The translations under genes and the position numbers were made by a program. From the NCBI GenBank assembly GCA_950097015.1, contig CATNEN010000001.1, forward strand, positions 12,834,001 to 12,898,000: DNA of 64,000 bases. Reading direction: 5' to 3'. The notes below the pieces were generated by a model. It was given only the letters and a program-made list of their open reading frames with translations, was not told the DNA's origin and searched no databases. Below, one piece after another: positions 27,001-38,699 of this stretch (positions within the stretch are counted from its first letter, which is position 1; every line of letters begins with the position of its first letter). Source of the stretch: Macrostomum hystrix. Its lineage: Eukaryota; Animalia; Platyhelminthes.

Positions 27001-30000
27001 AAAGTTTTTAGAAGCCAGAGAAATGTTTAGCACTGGCCAAAGACACTGTCAAGTTGCGGGACCAATATCTTGATATAAGTAGCAAATCACGCAAACGTAA
27101 ATTAAGAAAAAAATGACAAAAAATAGCTTGAAAGACTCACCGCCAGCTTGCATTCCGGCACCTGAACCGCCACGACCACCGCTGAGTTTTGTGTTTTTGG
27201 TTATAAAAATAAACAGAGTTGAATAATTTGTTGAAAAGCGCGCGGGTTCATACAGAGTGAATGTGTTTTTTGTTTTAAATAAAAGTTTCCTCGTTGCACT
27301 CACTTCCACGGGAATACATAAAGTTTACAATTTAAATGCTATCATATTGCTATGTTCGTGCAAATCTTGTTATTAATAATAAGTAGGAATAATAGTCATA
27401 TTGGTCTAAAAATACCATAATAGGTGGCTAACTATAGACAAACACACTTACCCGCAGAATAACAAATCACAAATCTAAGCCACCAACACAACAAAAAACT
27501 GCACATTGCACCAACAATGCTTCGATAAATTGATTCTGTCAAACAAGCATTGATGTGCAGTTTATTGTTTAATTATAAAATCATACAAACTGGCTTGGAT
27601 CTGTTCACTATTAGAATACATGCTAACAAAGCAGACAATATAAGTGAAATATTTATTAAAATACATTTCACTTACAATAATAATAATATGATTACACCTG
27701 CCCTAATTGTGTCAGATGTGCAGCCGACAGCACAGCCGCAGCTATTGCGCGGCGCATCTGAAGGCTGCGTAAGGCTGTTCAGTCCATGGACTGAACAGAC
27801 CCACATAATTATCCCAGCTAATGCTGGTTTTCTATTTAACAGCTGGGTGAACTGAAGCAACGCAGAGTTAAGTGGCCTTGCTAACGAACACAAATATGTT
27901 CCAGTGGAGTCTGAATCGAATTGAGTTACAATAATAAGCAGAACAGATGGAGAGAGATTTAATGCTGTAGCTGCGGAGATACGGAATAACAAATAACAAA
28001 GACTGAATTAGAAACTAGTTTATATATAAAGTCAGAGTAAAGAAAACTGATGAAAAAAATCTCACGAAAAATCAACAATAAAATAAAAAGCAACTACAAA
28101 GAAAAAAAAGAAAAGAAATATAAATAATTTTTTCATTTTTTTTTAGACACTGTGACAAACAAAACAGTTTTTTAAAGATGCAATTAACTGCAAAAAATTA
28201 GCTGTGACGATAGCAAGTCATGCATTTTTGTCAGTCTTAAATTCCATCGTTTTAACTTTTGGCAAGCTGTTGTACTTCAAATTGTTGGCGAAAGCCCAGA
28301 AACAAAACTGACAAAACGACCCTAGTTGAAAGTTGATTGAAATACCAGAAATACCCTATTGATAAACGACAATTAATAACTCGACCAACCAACGAAAATC
28401 CTAAGCGATAGAAAGATGATAAAAAACATCCCAAAGTGAAACAAAAAACACGAAACAAAACGGAAAAGGTACCTATGAATACTGTCATGACAACTTCGAT
28501 AAGGAACAGTTTAATATTTTATAATTAGTTGACAGCCAAAATATGGCTAAATTGTGAAAAAAAGCCAATGCTAAAATAGACCCATATATAGGAGACACTC
28601 CGAAATAAAATAGACTTTCAAAGCACCATTAAAATCAATTGTGCTAAAGAGAAGTGCTAAAACTTATAGTTTTGTGATATGTAAAAAATCACTTGATCGA
28701 AAAATTAACTTACAACTGACAAAACCCGAAAATATTATAAATCAGTGGACTCTAGATTTGAAAAATATACATAAACAGCGATATAACAAATAAGATAGAA
28801 TTTTAGAATGAAGACAAGCTGAAGAAGAGATTATAGTTAGATAATCATACAAAAGAAATATACCTTAAGGCAGTAGCAGACAATACTACTTACCGACTCG
28901 ACGGCATATTAGTCGTATTGAACGATCGCATTCCGCCCCTAGCCGAAGGTGAAGCAGCTGCTGCAGCTGCGGCTGCAACGGCAGCGGCTGCGGCTGGATT
29001 GGCTCGCAGCTGCTGGTGCTGAACAGCCGCGGCGGCCGCCTGCAGTCGATGCTGATCGAACTGATGCTGACTAGCTGCGCCTCCTAGCATAGCGGCTGCC
29101 ATGTGATGGTGCTGGTGACCAGCCGCTGCTGCTGCCATCATAGCTGCTGCTGGCATGGCTCCGGCCTGATGAGGCGGAGGCGGCGGCGGTGGCTGATTCC
29201 ACTGCAGACCCATGGCCTGGGCATTGTAGGCAGCCTAGTTTGCATAGTGCATTTAAGTGTCGAATAAGTGTTCGATTTATTCGACTAAATGCAGAGTTAA
29301 GTATCCTGCTAAAGGACACAAATTGTTTTAGTGGAGTTGGGAATCGAACGCCCGATCTTCGAGTTGTAGGTCCGACGCTGGGTCTAACCACTGGACTAGA
29401 ATCACTATCTTACAAACAAGCTGCATAAAAACTTACGTGAAAGTCGAGACCGGCTGCTGAGCCTTGATTAGCAGCAGCCGCCGCGGCGGCGGCAGCAGCG
29501 GCAGCCATCTGCTGCTGGCCAGCCAGATGACTGGGCACACCCTGGTGATGGCCGTGAGCTGCGGCCGCAGATGATGGCGGCTGTTGAGGTCCGCCAGCTC
29601 CAACCTGATGCTGCTGCTGCTGCATGGCGGCCACGGAATAGGCGGACATTGGCGATTGGAACTGGGCCTGCACCCCGGCGCCTTGGCCGCCGTGGGCGGC
29701 GGCAGCTGCAGCTGCGGCGGCGGCGGCTGCAGCGGCGCCACCGGGTTGAACAGGCGGCACACCCTGTGGAGCGCCAACTAGATGCTGCTGCTGATGCTGA
29801 CCGTAGCTCATCTGGCCAGATGCGTCGTATCCAGTGTAGCCTTTGGAATAGTTTAAATATTGAATAACATCATATTCTCTAATAGATATTTGATTTTCTG
29901 TGCAAAGCTTTGGTGTCACCTTCGAGTTCGGGTAAACATGATAACCGAAAATTCGCTTTGTCCTACATCATCATCCGATGGGTCTTTCTGTCGAAATGGG

Positions 30001-33000
30001 CTGATGGTCTGAAACCTTCTTTTGCGGGTCTTTAATCTAATAGAAAACCGAAAAATTGCTTAGGGTTACAGGTAGTAACTAAAAGACAATTTCGGGCCAT
30101 TTCTCTTCTTCAAGTGTAATTAATACACCTACCCCGATTTAGCCTTAGCCAGATGTGCACCCCACAGCACAGACAGCTATTCGGGAATCGAACCCCCGAT
30201 CATTAGACCGTGCTTCCGACGCTCCAACCGCTAGGCTAACAACTCTAACAAGTAAAATATAAGTAAGAGTTATCATTATAGGCTCTAACCTTGAGAAACA
30301 TTGGGCGCCTGAGAATAAGACACCTGGCCAACTTGTGGAGTACCTTGAGCACTTTGTGCATTCGGATTAGACACAGCATTTGAACCGCTAGCAGCTGCGG
30401 CAGCCACTGCCTGATTGTAATCATAGCCCTGGCCATAGTAGGCTTGCGACTGTGGAAGTTTTAACAAACAAAACTTATGCAAAGACAGTATAATTTAAAG
30501 TGATTTATCAGCAATTACAGCAATTGTTACTTACCTGATCATAGCCTGCAAACTGTGGCTGGGCATACTGGGCATATTGAAAGCTGCAACAATAGTTATT
30601 TTAACATTTAGTGTAGATAATATAAAATGGAATTATGGTTAAGGTGCCAAATTTATGACTTACTTTGCTGCTGGTGCTTGCCCAGCTTGAGCAGCCACAG
30701 CAGAAGCCATTGGTTGCTGATATTGGAAGCCTGGAAGAATTAGTCCTGAACATTATTTATGTAACAACTTTAAAACAAAAAAATGTTTAAAAAGTTCATT
30801 TTGAATCTAAAGGCTGTGTTTCTTATTATTTTTAATAGATTACAGTTACATAGAAAAACAAAAAGGGTAGTATTATTTAAATTACAAAAACTAATACCTA
30901 ATTGGTGTTTATTGTTAAAACATAATTGGTTATACTCTATATACTATGATAAATGATACTTTAAGTATTTAAGTAGGCATTTATTCTTTTTAATGTTTGA
31001 ATTTAAAGCTTGGGAGTGCATGAAACAAAGTTAGAACAAGAAACGTTATGTGAAAAAAACATTCAAAATGAGTAACTCCAGAGAAGCAATTGCGTGGTTT
31101 CTTGTCTTTTTATCTGCCACTATCTTGTCTACTATTAACTTGTCTTTAAAAGAAAATTCATACAAAACTTTTCTGTCATATGAACAATTGAAACAAAAAA
31201 TATTTTATGGCTTTAATTGTCACAAAATAAAATATTTCATTGAAAATAATGTAAATGCAATGCAAATTAAATTTTAATCACATGCTTTTGTGTCGGTCAC
31301 TTTAGCCTGCAGAACATGTCAACAAGATTTTACTTATTTTAAAGGCTTGTTCACATAAACATCAAACCAAATGCTATATACAAATTATTCATAATTTTAT
31401 AAATTTTATTTGCCCACAGGTAAGTCAACTTATCTGTTGGTACATAAGATAGTGGCAGAGAAAGAGACTTAAACCCTATTTGCATTTGAGTACAGCTACT
31501 ATTTCAGTATTTTAAATACTTTAAAAAAAGTAAGTTCACAGCTTTTCCTAATCAATAACAGTCATTTTAGTTAGGATATTCACAACTAAAATTACAAATT
31601 ATGTTGTATTGCTAATGGTCCCAGGTCATTTTGGTGACAGAATTGGTTAGTTTGGTGACAACTATTTTTGCACCTAAATATGCTGAGAAAACAGCCTTTC
31701 ACAATCCAGCAGCTGCTTAAAGCCTGCACTCGCCTTGTCAATCCAAAACTTGAAAAAAGATTATTATACACATTTAATTAGGAATGAATAACTATGAAAC
31801 TATTGACTAAACTAATTAAATAATTTAATAATTTAACTCATTTAAAGTAAAACCCTGACTTAATCTAAGCAATGCAGCTTCTTATTAATACTTTTAGCAT
31901 TATTTAATTAATATTTTATATATGTGCATAGTTAAAATGGAAGGCTTTTTTAGCATATTTAGGTGCAAAAATAGTTGTTACCAATCTGACCAATTGTGTC
32001 ACTGAAATGACTTGAGTTGTCACTGAAATGACTGTCACCAAAATGTCTTGTCACCGAAATGACCTGGGACCTTGCTAATTAGCTATATCCATAGCTAACT
32101 TTTTGGCTACCTATCTTATTACTAAGTTAAAATGATATAGCATACTCCAAAGAAAGAGTACAGAGCAAACATTTTAAGGATGTTTATCTTGTCATTTGTG
32201 ATTTAAGTCAGGATAGTCATTTTGTCTAATGGATAACCTTTAATATTTGTGCACCAATTATCTTTATTACAAAATGCTAATACAATATATTAGGGTAATG
32301 TATCATCAACCGAACAGTGTATCTTCAAAACCGAACAAGAATTTTGACTTCTTTCTTGGTCTTGTGCAAGACAGAAACAAGCTATTGTGTTTCACAGAAC
32401 AACTAATTTGAAAGTTGAAGAAATTATCTACAAGCTGAGGCATGATGTGCAATGGAGCATTATGAGGAAAGAAAGATATTTATGTTTCAGTAGAAATTTT
32501 TATTGCAAAAGCATACTTTTAACAACATTTTTTCAATATGTACTTTAGACAAAGATTGTATGTGGTTGCTTGCCAATTAAATGACCATAAATGTAGTTAT
32601 TTATAGAGCATGAAAAATGCCTTCAAATTACATAATTCATGATAGTTAACTCCTTAAAATAAGATTAAACCACTCACTCAAATTTTAAAACCAAACATCA
32701 AATTCTATGTTTGGTTTGAAGATACATGAAAATCATTGTTCGGTTCTAGAAAAAAAGCAGGAATAAGTTTTTTTCTATTTGATAAAATAGCAAAAGCAGA
32801 TACTTTTTAGAAACATGTAACTGTTTTCTATAACTTGGCTTTTGATTTATGATCATATCTTTAAAAGAAAATCTGTAGCTTAGGTTTGAAGTTAAAAAAA
32901 TACACATTCTTGTTTGGTTGATGATACATTACCCTAGTATAACTAATAACTTTGCCTGAAAATTTATGAAATCTCTAAATATACATTGTTTACCTTAAGT

Positions 33001-33538
33001 TAGTTATAGCTACTCTTAAGCTTCTGTTTATTTTTTTTAAATCTATTAAAGTTAGGAACTCATGCCAATGTCAAAGCAAACAGCTCAAAATGTATTACAA
33101 GACAGTTACACAAAAACAGTATAGCTAGGTATATTAATTTATATGTATAATCACATCTAAAAAATATTGTTTACAGTCTTATTAAGGTGTCTAAACGTTT
33201 ACAGCTTGTTTTTAGCAGGAAAAAATGACATTTAAATTTTATAATTTGATAAAATTACATATTAAAGACTAAAAACTGGACCTAAGCCACGGCTAAGGCC
33301 TAACCCTAATTGAGCCAAACATACAGCTTGCTTTACACCATAGTCCTCGCTGTAGAGCGTTGCATGGTGCATCGCTTGCATGATGCACTGGAGGATGCTA
33401 CACGTAACCCAAAAGTGAAGGCACTTTTTACTAAGAACACAAAGAATCTCTAATATCACTATTAGATAGAGCTTTGGCTAAGTATACCAGACTATAAACG
33501 TCAGAAAATGGTGATTTACCTTGATTAGCTGACATCAT
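24072..33538 (-). CDS. FET-family RNA-binding protein (FUS/EWSR1/TAF15/cabeza-like), ~624 aa. Exons 33538-33520, 30730-30664, 30583-30535, 30449-30290, 29840-29437, 29234-28894, 27181-27141, 25772-25576, 24668-24072
   Basis: Exons sum to 1875 nt with consistent phases. Q/Y/A-rich low-complexity N-terminus, FET-type RRM (DTILIEGL...VNDKSGMPMIWIFK...PTGRALVSY), RGG boxes, RanBP2 zinc finger WICPGCRNRNYSWRESCNRC, C-terminal PY-NLS (NRFAPY). Confidence 0.9.
24719..25475. repeat. 31-bp minisatellite (TGGATAGTAGACTGAGAATCTCACCCCACCA), ~24 copies, inside the RRM-splitting intron
   Basis: Period of 31 (24719, 24750, 24781...). Confidence 0.95.
26361..26800 (-). ncRNA. Candidate structured intronic RNA element (family unknown)
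   Basis: At least five stems in a GC-richer island; several mismatches are G-U pairs only on the - (sense) strand; followed by U7. Confidence 0.45.
27673..27920 (-). mobile_element. 5'-truncated CORE-type SINE family A copy
   Basis: Near-identical body to 15248-15568 and 52669-52987. Confidence 0.85.
29285..29400 (-). mobile_element. SINE family A 5' fragment
   Basis: AATGCAGAGTTAAG...GCTAAAGGACACAA...GGAATCGAAC matches family A. Confidence 0.7.
30115..30245 (-). mobile_element. Internally deleted SINE family A copy
   Basis: Tail-proximal segment joined directly to the tRNA head (GGGAATCGAACCCCCGA). Confidence 0.6.
31617..32071. mobile_element. MITE with long sub-repeated TIRs and 8-bp TSD
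   Basis: Ends GGTCCCAGGTCATTT / AAATGACCTGGGACC, internal inverted AACTATTTTTGCACCTAAATATGCT, flanking TTGCTAAT on both sides. Confidence 0.85.
32291..32936. mobile_element. MITE with 26-bp TIR
   Basis: TAGGGTAATGTATCATCAACCGAACA versus its inverted copy TGTTTGGTTGATGATACATTACCCTA (25/26). Terminal TA may be the TSD. Confidence 0.85.
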
Positions 33539-33539
33539 C

Positions 33540-34910
33540 TTGCTTGTTAAGAAGATACTAAACGGTTATTGAAGAGACGGTATGAATTTAAAAAAGGTTG
33601 GCGATCAAATCTAAGTTTAGAGTCGCAGACAGCGCTTTTAAGTCTATCACGTAGAGAAAAAACGTATTTTGAGAATTTTAAACTTCCGCTAAAAAGGTTG
33701 GTCAGAGTAATATACTAGAATAGTGTATTACAACTACGTAAGTTACGACTTAACTGAAACAGGAAAATATTTTTGTGCTGTGCCGTAGATACATGCGGCT
33801 AAGTAATCTCTAATCTTCAGTACAACTTTATATGACGCTCTGCTTAGCTGCTAGCTGCTTAGTGGCCTTTGAAAGAAAGTTATTGAAAACGGAAATGAAA
33901 ATTGAAGGCAATAATTAACTTGACCTAAAAAGAAACTGATATCGTCGAAATAATGATTTGCCAAAAAATATCGCTCGTGGTTTTAAAAGATCCCCCAGAT
34001 GAGATCCCCAGGTTACAATCACTTGGGCGACAAATCACTTTGTCGACAGTCACTTTGGCGACAAGTCATTTTGGCGAATGACTTCGGCGACAAGTTTTGA
34101 TCACTTAGGCGACAATGATCACTCGTTGGACCATTTAATTACATAAATGTATTAACGTCAGTAGTATTTTGAAAGTTTTATATATAACGAGTGGAATTCT
34201 TCCTCCGGAGGAATTCTCAATTCTCAATTAGAATTTTAGCTCAAATGGCAGCCAGTTTAGTAAGCACATTCTTCTCCGCCTTCAGTGAGGGGCCCGCCAA
34301 GTTTATTAATTTAATTTTAAGCCAGCCCAACTCTGCCCCAGCCCATTGTACGCACTTCAATACTTTGATCAAGTCGCCTAGTGATCAAAACTTTTGTCGC
34401 CGAAGTAAATTCGCCGAAATTACTTGTCGCCAAAATGACTGTCACCGAAGTGACTTGTCGCCAAAGTGATCGGTACCCAGATCCCCAAGCTGCTTATAAA
34501 CAGAAGTCTTAAATAATCTGCATATTACACTACTGAATCTTGAGCGATATTCTTGAAATTAGATTGCAGAGTACGTATATCAATATTATAGAGTTATGAC
34601 TATTATATATATGAATTATAAAGCAGAACCCTTGTAAGTAGCATATTGCATTGTGAAATATTTTATTGCATATTTCATTTAAGCATGGAAATAAAAATAG
34701 CAAACGTAAAAATGCATCATATTCATGCAATCTGCTTGCGGTGCAAATAACCCCAGTTTACATTTCTAGCTACAGCTGAATTCCAATTTGATGGCTTACT
34801 GCTGAAGAGGCTGTTAAACGCCAGCTGTGCGCATACGGCGGCTCTAACTATGAGGCCGTCAGTCATAATAGCTTTACCTTAGCGGACAGTTCCGGCAAAA
34901 AAGTGTAAGT
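33540..34910. promoter_or_regulatory. Probable divergent promoter region between the FET gene (-) and CFAP97 (+)
   Basis: Head-to-head gene starts. A probable non-coding CFAP97 exon ends at a GTAAGT donor at 34905. Inferred from arrangement only. Confidence 0.45.
34011..34478. mobile_element. Mutator-like MITE with ~110-bp TIRs and 9-bp TSD
   Basis: TIRs built from GTCACTTTGGCGACA sub-repeats. AGATCCCCA at 34002-34010 and 34479-34487. Confidence 0.88.
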
Positions 34911-35190
34911 CAGAATCATAATTTAGAATTAACGAGCATGTTATATATTAACAAATATAACTGTAAAAATTGAGCAAAGAGTTCTATATCGCTAAAATGT
35001 TATTGCTTTAAAGTATTAAAAACCATGCTTTAGTAATTTATATATTCTTTAGAAAACAATTCAGTTGTTTTTTAGGCGTTAGGATACATTTAATCTCTTA
35101 AAGTCTGGCTATTTCATTTTCACTTCAATAACAATAATTGTTCTTTAATATTTCTCACTGACATATTCAGCTTATTTTTTATTTAATGTA

Positions 35191-38100
35191 ATGTCTCATT
35201 TAAAACCAAGCTATGACGATGAAGAATTAAAAGGATCAGTTGATCACGATTTCTTCTCTGATGGCTCAGAAAGCGCGAGGAAAGCAGAGTAAGTATGCAC
35301 GGTTCGTTGTTTTTTGGTCCTGCCTACAGTCTACCTAAGCTCGAGCTAAGAATCTAACATTTTTTTCAATATTGAGAATTATTATAGAAAGCAGCAAATT
35401 CGGTAGTAAAATCTAAAGCTTAGGGTAACTGAAGAGAAGTTTTCTATGCCTTTTAATTTAGCATCTAGGGTTTTCCCAAAAGCTAGTTATTGAGCTGCAC
35501 GTCTCTAATGGGTGTTACAGTTCAGTCAAAGTTCTAAATCCTTTCTTGTTATATCGAATATTAGTGCGAAATAAATAATGCCATATCAAGACCTAGGGCT
35601 AAATCAGCTTTTAATAAGATTCAAATTATAAATATAAATCCTAATAAATACAAATATGTAACATAACATTGATGCATATAAATAATTAATAGCACGGCTA
35701 TGTTATGTAATTAGGAAAATCTCATGGAAATGCCATATATGCCTACATATCTACATTTTATCATGGCTTTAAAGTTCCTGAGTAAGTCTAAAAATATTTT
35801 GCTATTTATCTATACTTTTAGTAAACCTGTTGTCTGCTGCACCTGGATGTTAAATAAAGGTTTTGCATGCTGGGAATGTTTAGAATTATAGCATTTTTTG
35901 CTTTGTAAATAATTTTATTATTGTTATTTTTTATAATTATTTATATATTTTACAATACACTATATAGACAATATTTTATAATATTGATAAAATCGCCCCT
36001 TTAAGTATCTGGGCTGTTGTGTATTTTCTAATATACTTAATGCTAAATTTTATTTCAAAATATAAACTCCTTCCTCCATAAATGTTAGCTAGGTATCACA
36101 GGATCTTAAAATTTTGTCAGAATGGCATAATTGATATGTTATTTGGATTGGAGATTGGGATCAAGGATTGTCTAATTTCTGTCAGCTCAGAAAAAAGAGC
36201 AAATAAATATTTATCTAGATGTTTTTTAAAATGTTGATTAAACATTTGTGTAATTTGTGTTAACAATTTTGTAATCCACACAGCCAAACCAGATGTCTAC
36301 TCAGTCTGCATACCTTATACAATTAGATAGGTTAGCGTGGTGATAAGAGCTTAAGTATAGTAATAGCTTTTCTGCATTCGTTTTGAATGAAGTGTACTTT
36401 TATTTGTACTTTTGTTTACAATTGTCAATTTGACACAATGTTCTCTTGATATTTTAGGCGTCATTAATGACGACTTTTGGTAAGGCAAAAAATGACATTG
36501 AATTAAAGTCCTTCACCAAAGAAATATCACAGTCCAATTGATAAAATGTTTGTTAGTCACACTGAATCGCTGACTTAGACACTCTCGCCTAAAGCCAGAC
36601 TGGATGCAGCTCACAGAAACACGACCATGCAAATTGCAACTCGCTATGAGTCACAAATTGAAGAATCTGCTGATTCTATCCAGATAGCCGTTGGCAGCCA
36701 AAGCTTATTAATTATTAATTTGTTTTATTGGTTGCCATCGTCTGTCAATGGCGGGTAGTATGCATATTTCATGGAATTTATTAGTCGATGGGGAGACTCG
36801 TGCTCACGCATGCATGCTTAAGCTTAGCCAGGCAAAGATGCACAGAGACAGGCCAGGCATGCAGTGTCTTTGTGCAATCGGTAATCTAGTTTAACTTCTT
36901 TCTAATATTTTTTCGTTACCCAGAATTTTGTACTCTCGCCAACTTGAAATTAGAAATCGAAATCACCTTTAGCCAATTTTTATTTCAATCTTCACGTGGC
37001 CAACTGACTCGTCACTCTTGGAGGTTATCCGTCCCAAAAGTTCTTCTTTTAATTATTTTTCATCGCAGGGACGACGCTCAGCCCAGCGCCCGCAGTACAG
37101 GGAGTCGCCGCTCGAAGCTGAACTCAAATCGGAGCAGAACTCCGCCATCGCCGGACCAGTCCCTCGTCAGGCAGGCTGGCAGGTCGCGATCGCCGTCTCC
37201 GGCCAGTTCCAGACGTAGCCGCAGCAGCAGCAACGACGGCCAAGTGGAAACTGACAGGTCGAGAAAGGCCGCTAAAGCAGATCAGTCGACTGGGTCGAAT
37301 CAAAATGTGGCGGCCAAGCGGAGACGAAGTAGCCGAAGCGCCTCGTTGAGTCACTCGTCAAGAAGTGCCAGCAGCAGCCGCAGTGGCAGCACCAAGGCCA
37401 GCAGAAGCCGAAGCGGCAGCAGAAGTAGCAGCGCCAGCGACGTCACCGACGTCAGCCCGCTGTCTTCGCCTCGACCGGACAGTCCGAGAGCTGGCGGAGG
37501 AGCGCCTGGAACATCCAGCGGTAAGCCGCCAAGGGCCAGCCAAGGAAGAGGACAGGTTCACGTAGCCGAGGAGCGAGACGAGGACAGGATCAACATGGAG
37601 ACCATTGTGCGGGCTCTCGTTGAACTGGACAAGCGGAGATGCCAGTCAGCTGGACCTCAGCGAACCGGTGAGAACTGTTAGAATTGAGTGGCAGTTGGCT
37701 GACACTGGGCATGAGAATTCAAACGAGCACCTTCTGCCCCGACCCCCCCCACCTAGGATTTCACAGCGGCTCGCAGTCAATGAGTCGAATTCACGACATC
37801 GAAGCTGAGAACCAGCGACTTCTTTACAGTCTCATGCGCACCAAAAACCGCGACAAGAAGCCGTCGAACATTGATCCGCCAGTTAAGAGGCCGCATCACT
37901 CTACTGTCAATAGGCAGAAAGAGCAGCGCAGAATTGAAGAAGAGAATCGGGTAAGTGATTGACCTGTCTAACAGGTGATTGACCTGTCTAACAGGTGATT
38001 GACCTGCCTAACAGGTGATTTAACATGCCTAACAGGTGATTGACCTGTCTAACAGGTGATTGACCTGTCTAACAGGTGATTAACCTGTCTAACAGGTGAT

Positions 38101-38699
38101 TAACCTGTCTAACAGGTGATTAACCTGTCTAACAGGTGATTAACCTGTCTAACAGGTGATTGACCTGTCTAACAGTTGATTGACCTGTCTTACAGGTGAC
38201 CAAGCTGTCTAAAAGGCGACAGACCTGTCTAACAGTTAATATCCTGAAGAGCCTAACATTTACTCTGACCTAACATTACCTGCCGCCATGCGAATTCCAG
38301 AAAATCTTTCAACGCCTGAAGCAGATCAGGCCAACCAAAGGTATGAGTCGCGGGGAGATGATCAGCGATTATAAACGGCAAGCTAGCTTCGGCTTACCGC
38401 TTTCCCTTCTCGGCGAAGATGTGAAGTACAGGCCACCCAGGATCACTCACAATCCGTACTGCCAGCCGGTGTCTCGAGTGCATTCCTCCAGCAGCATGGT
38501 GCACCAAGGCGGTCCTAGTACCAGCGGCGTCGGTAGCGTCTCAAGGTCGTCGTCTAGACCAGGTTCTGCGGCGTCGCGAGCCTCTGCAGCGTCCGGGCGA
38601 GGCACCGCAACCGCAGCTGGAGCTACTCGAGGCGGTGCAACTCGCGCTGGTGGCGGAGCTGCCTCCTCAGGCAGGGCCGGATGGCCAGCGGGCTGGTGA
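35191..38699 (+). CDS. CFAP97: Cilia- and flagella-associated protein 97 (KIAA1430 family), ~429 aa. Exons 35191-35288, 37069-37667, 37757-37950, 38301-38699
   Basis: N-terminal LKGSVDHDFFSD, Ser-rich block with DVTDVSPLSSP, then IEAENQRLL...HSTVNRQKEQRRIEEENRKIFQRLKQIRPTKGMSR. Phases consistent, 1290 nt. Confidence 0.87.
37955..38235. repeat. 20-bp intronic minisatellite (GTGATTGACCTGTCTAACAG)
   Basis: Begins immediately at the intron donor, ~13 copies. Confidence 0.93.

Noticed and set aside
33290-33320. CTAACCCTAA telomerase-template-like motif (similar short matches near 30060 and 60220)
   Set aside because: Lies in degenerate hexamer-like sequence, with no convincing pseudoknot or H/ACA domain; a 10-mer alone is insufficient
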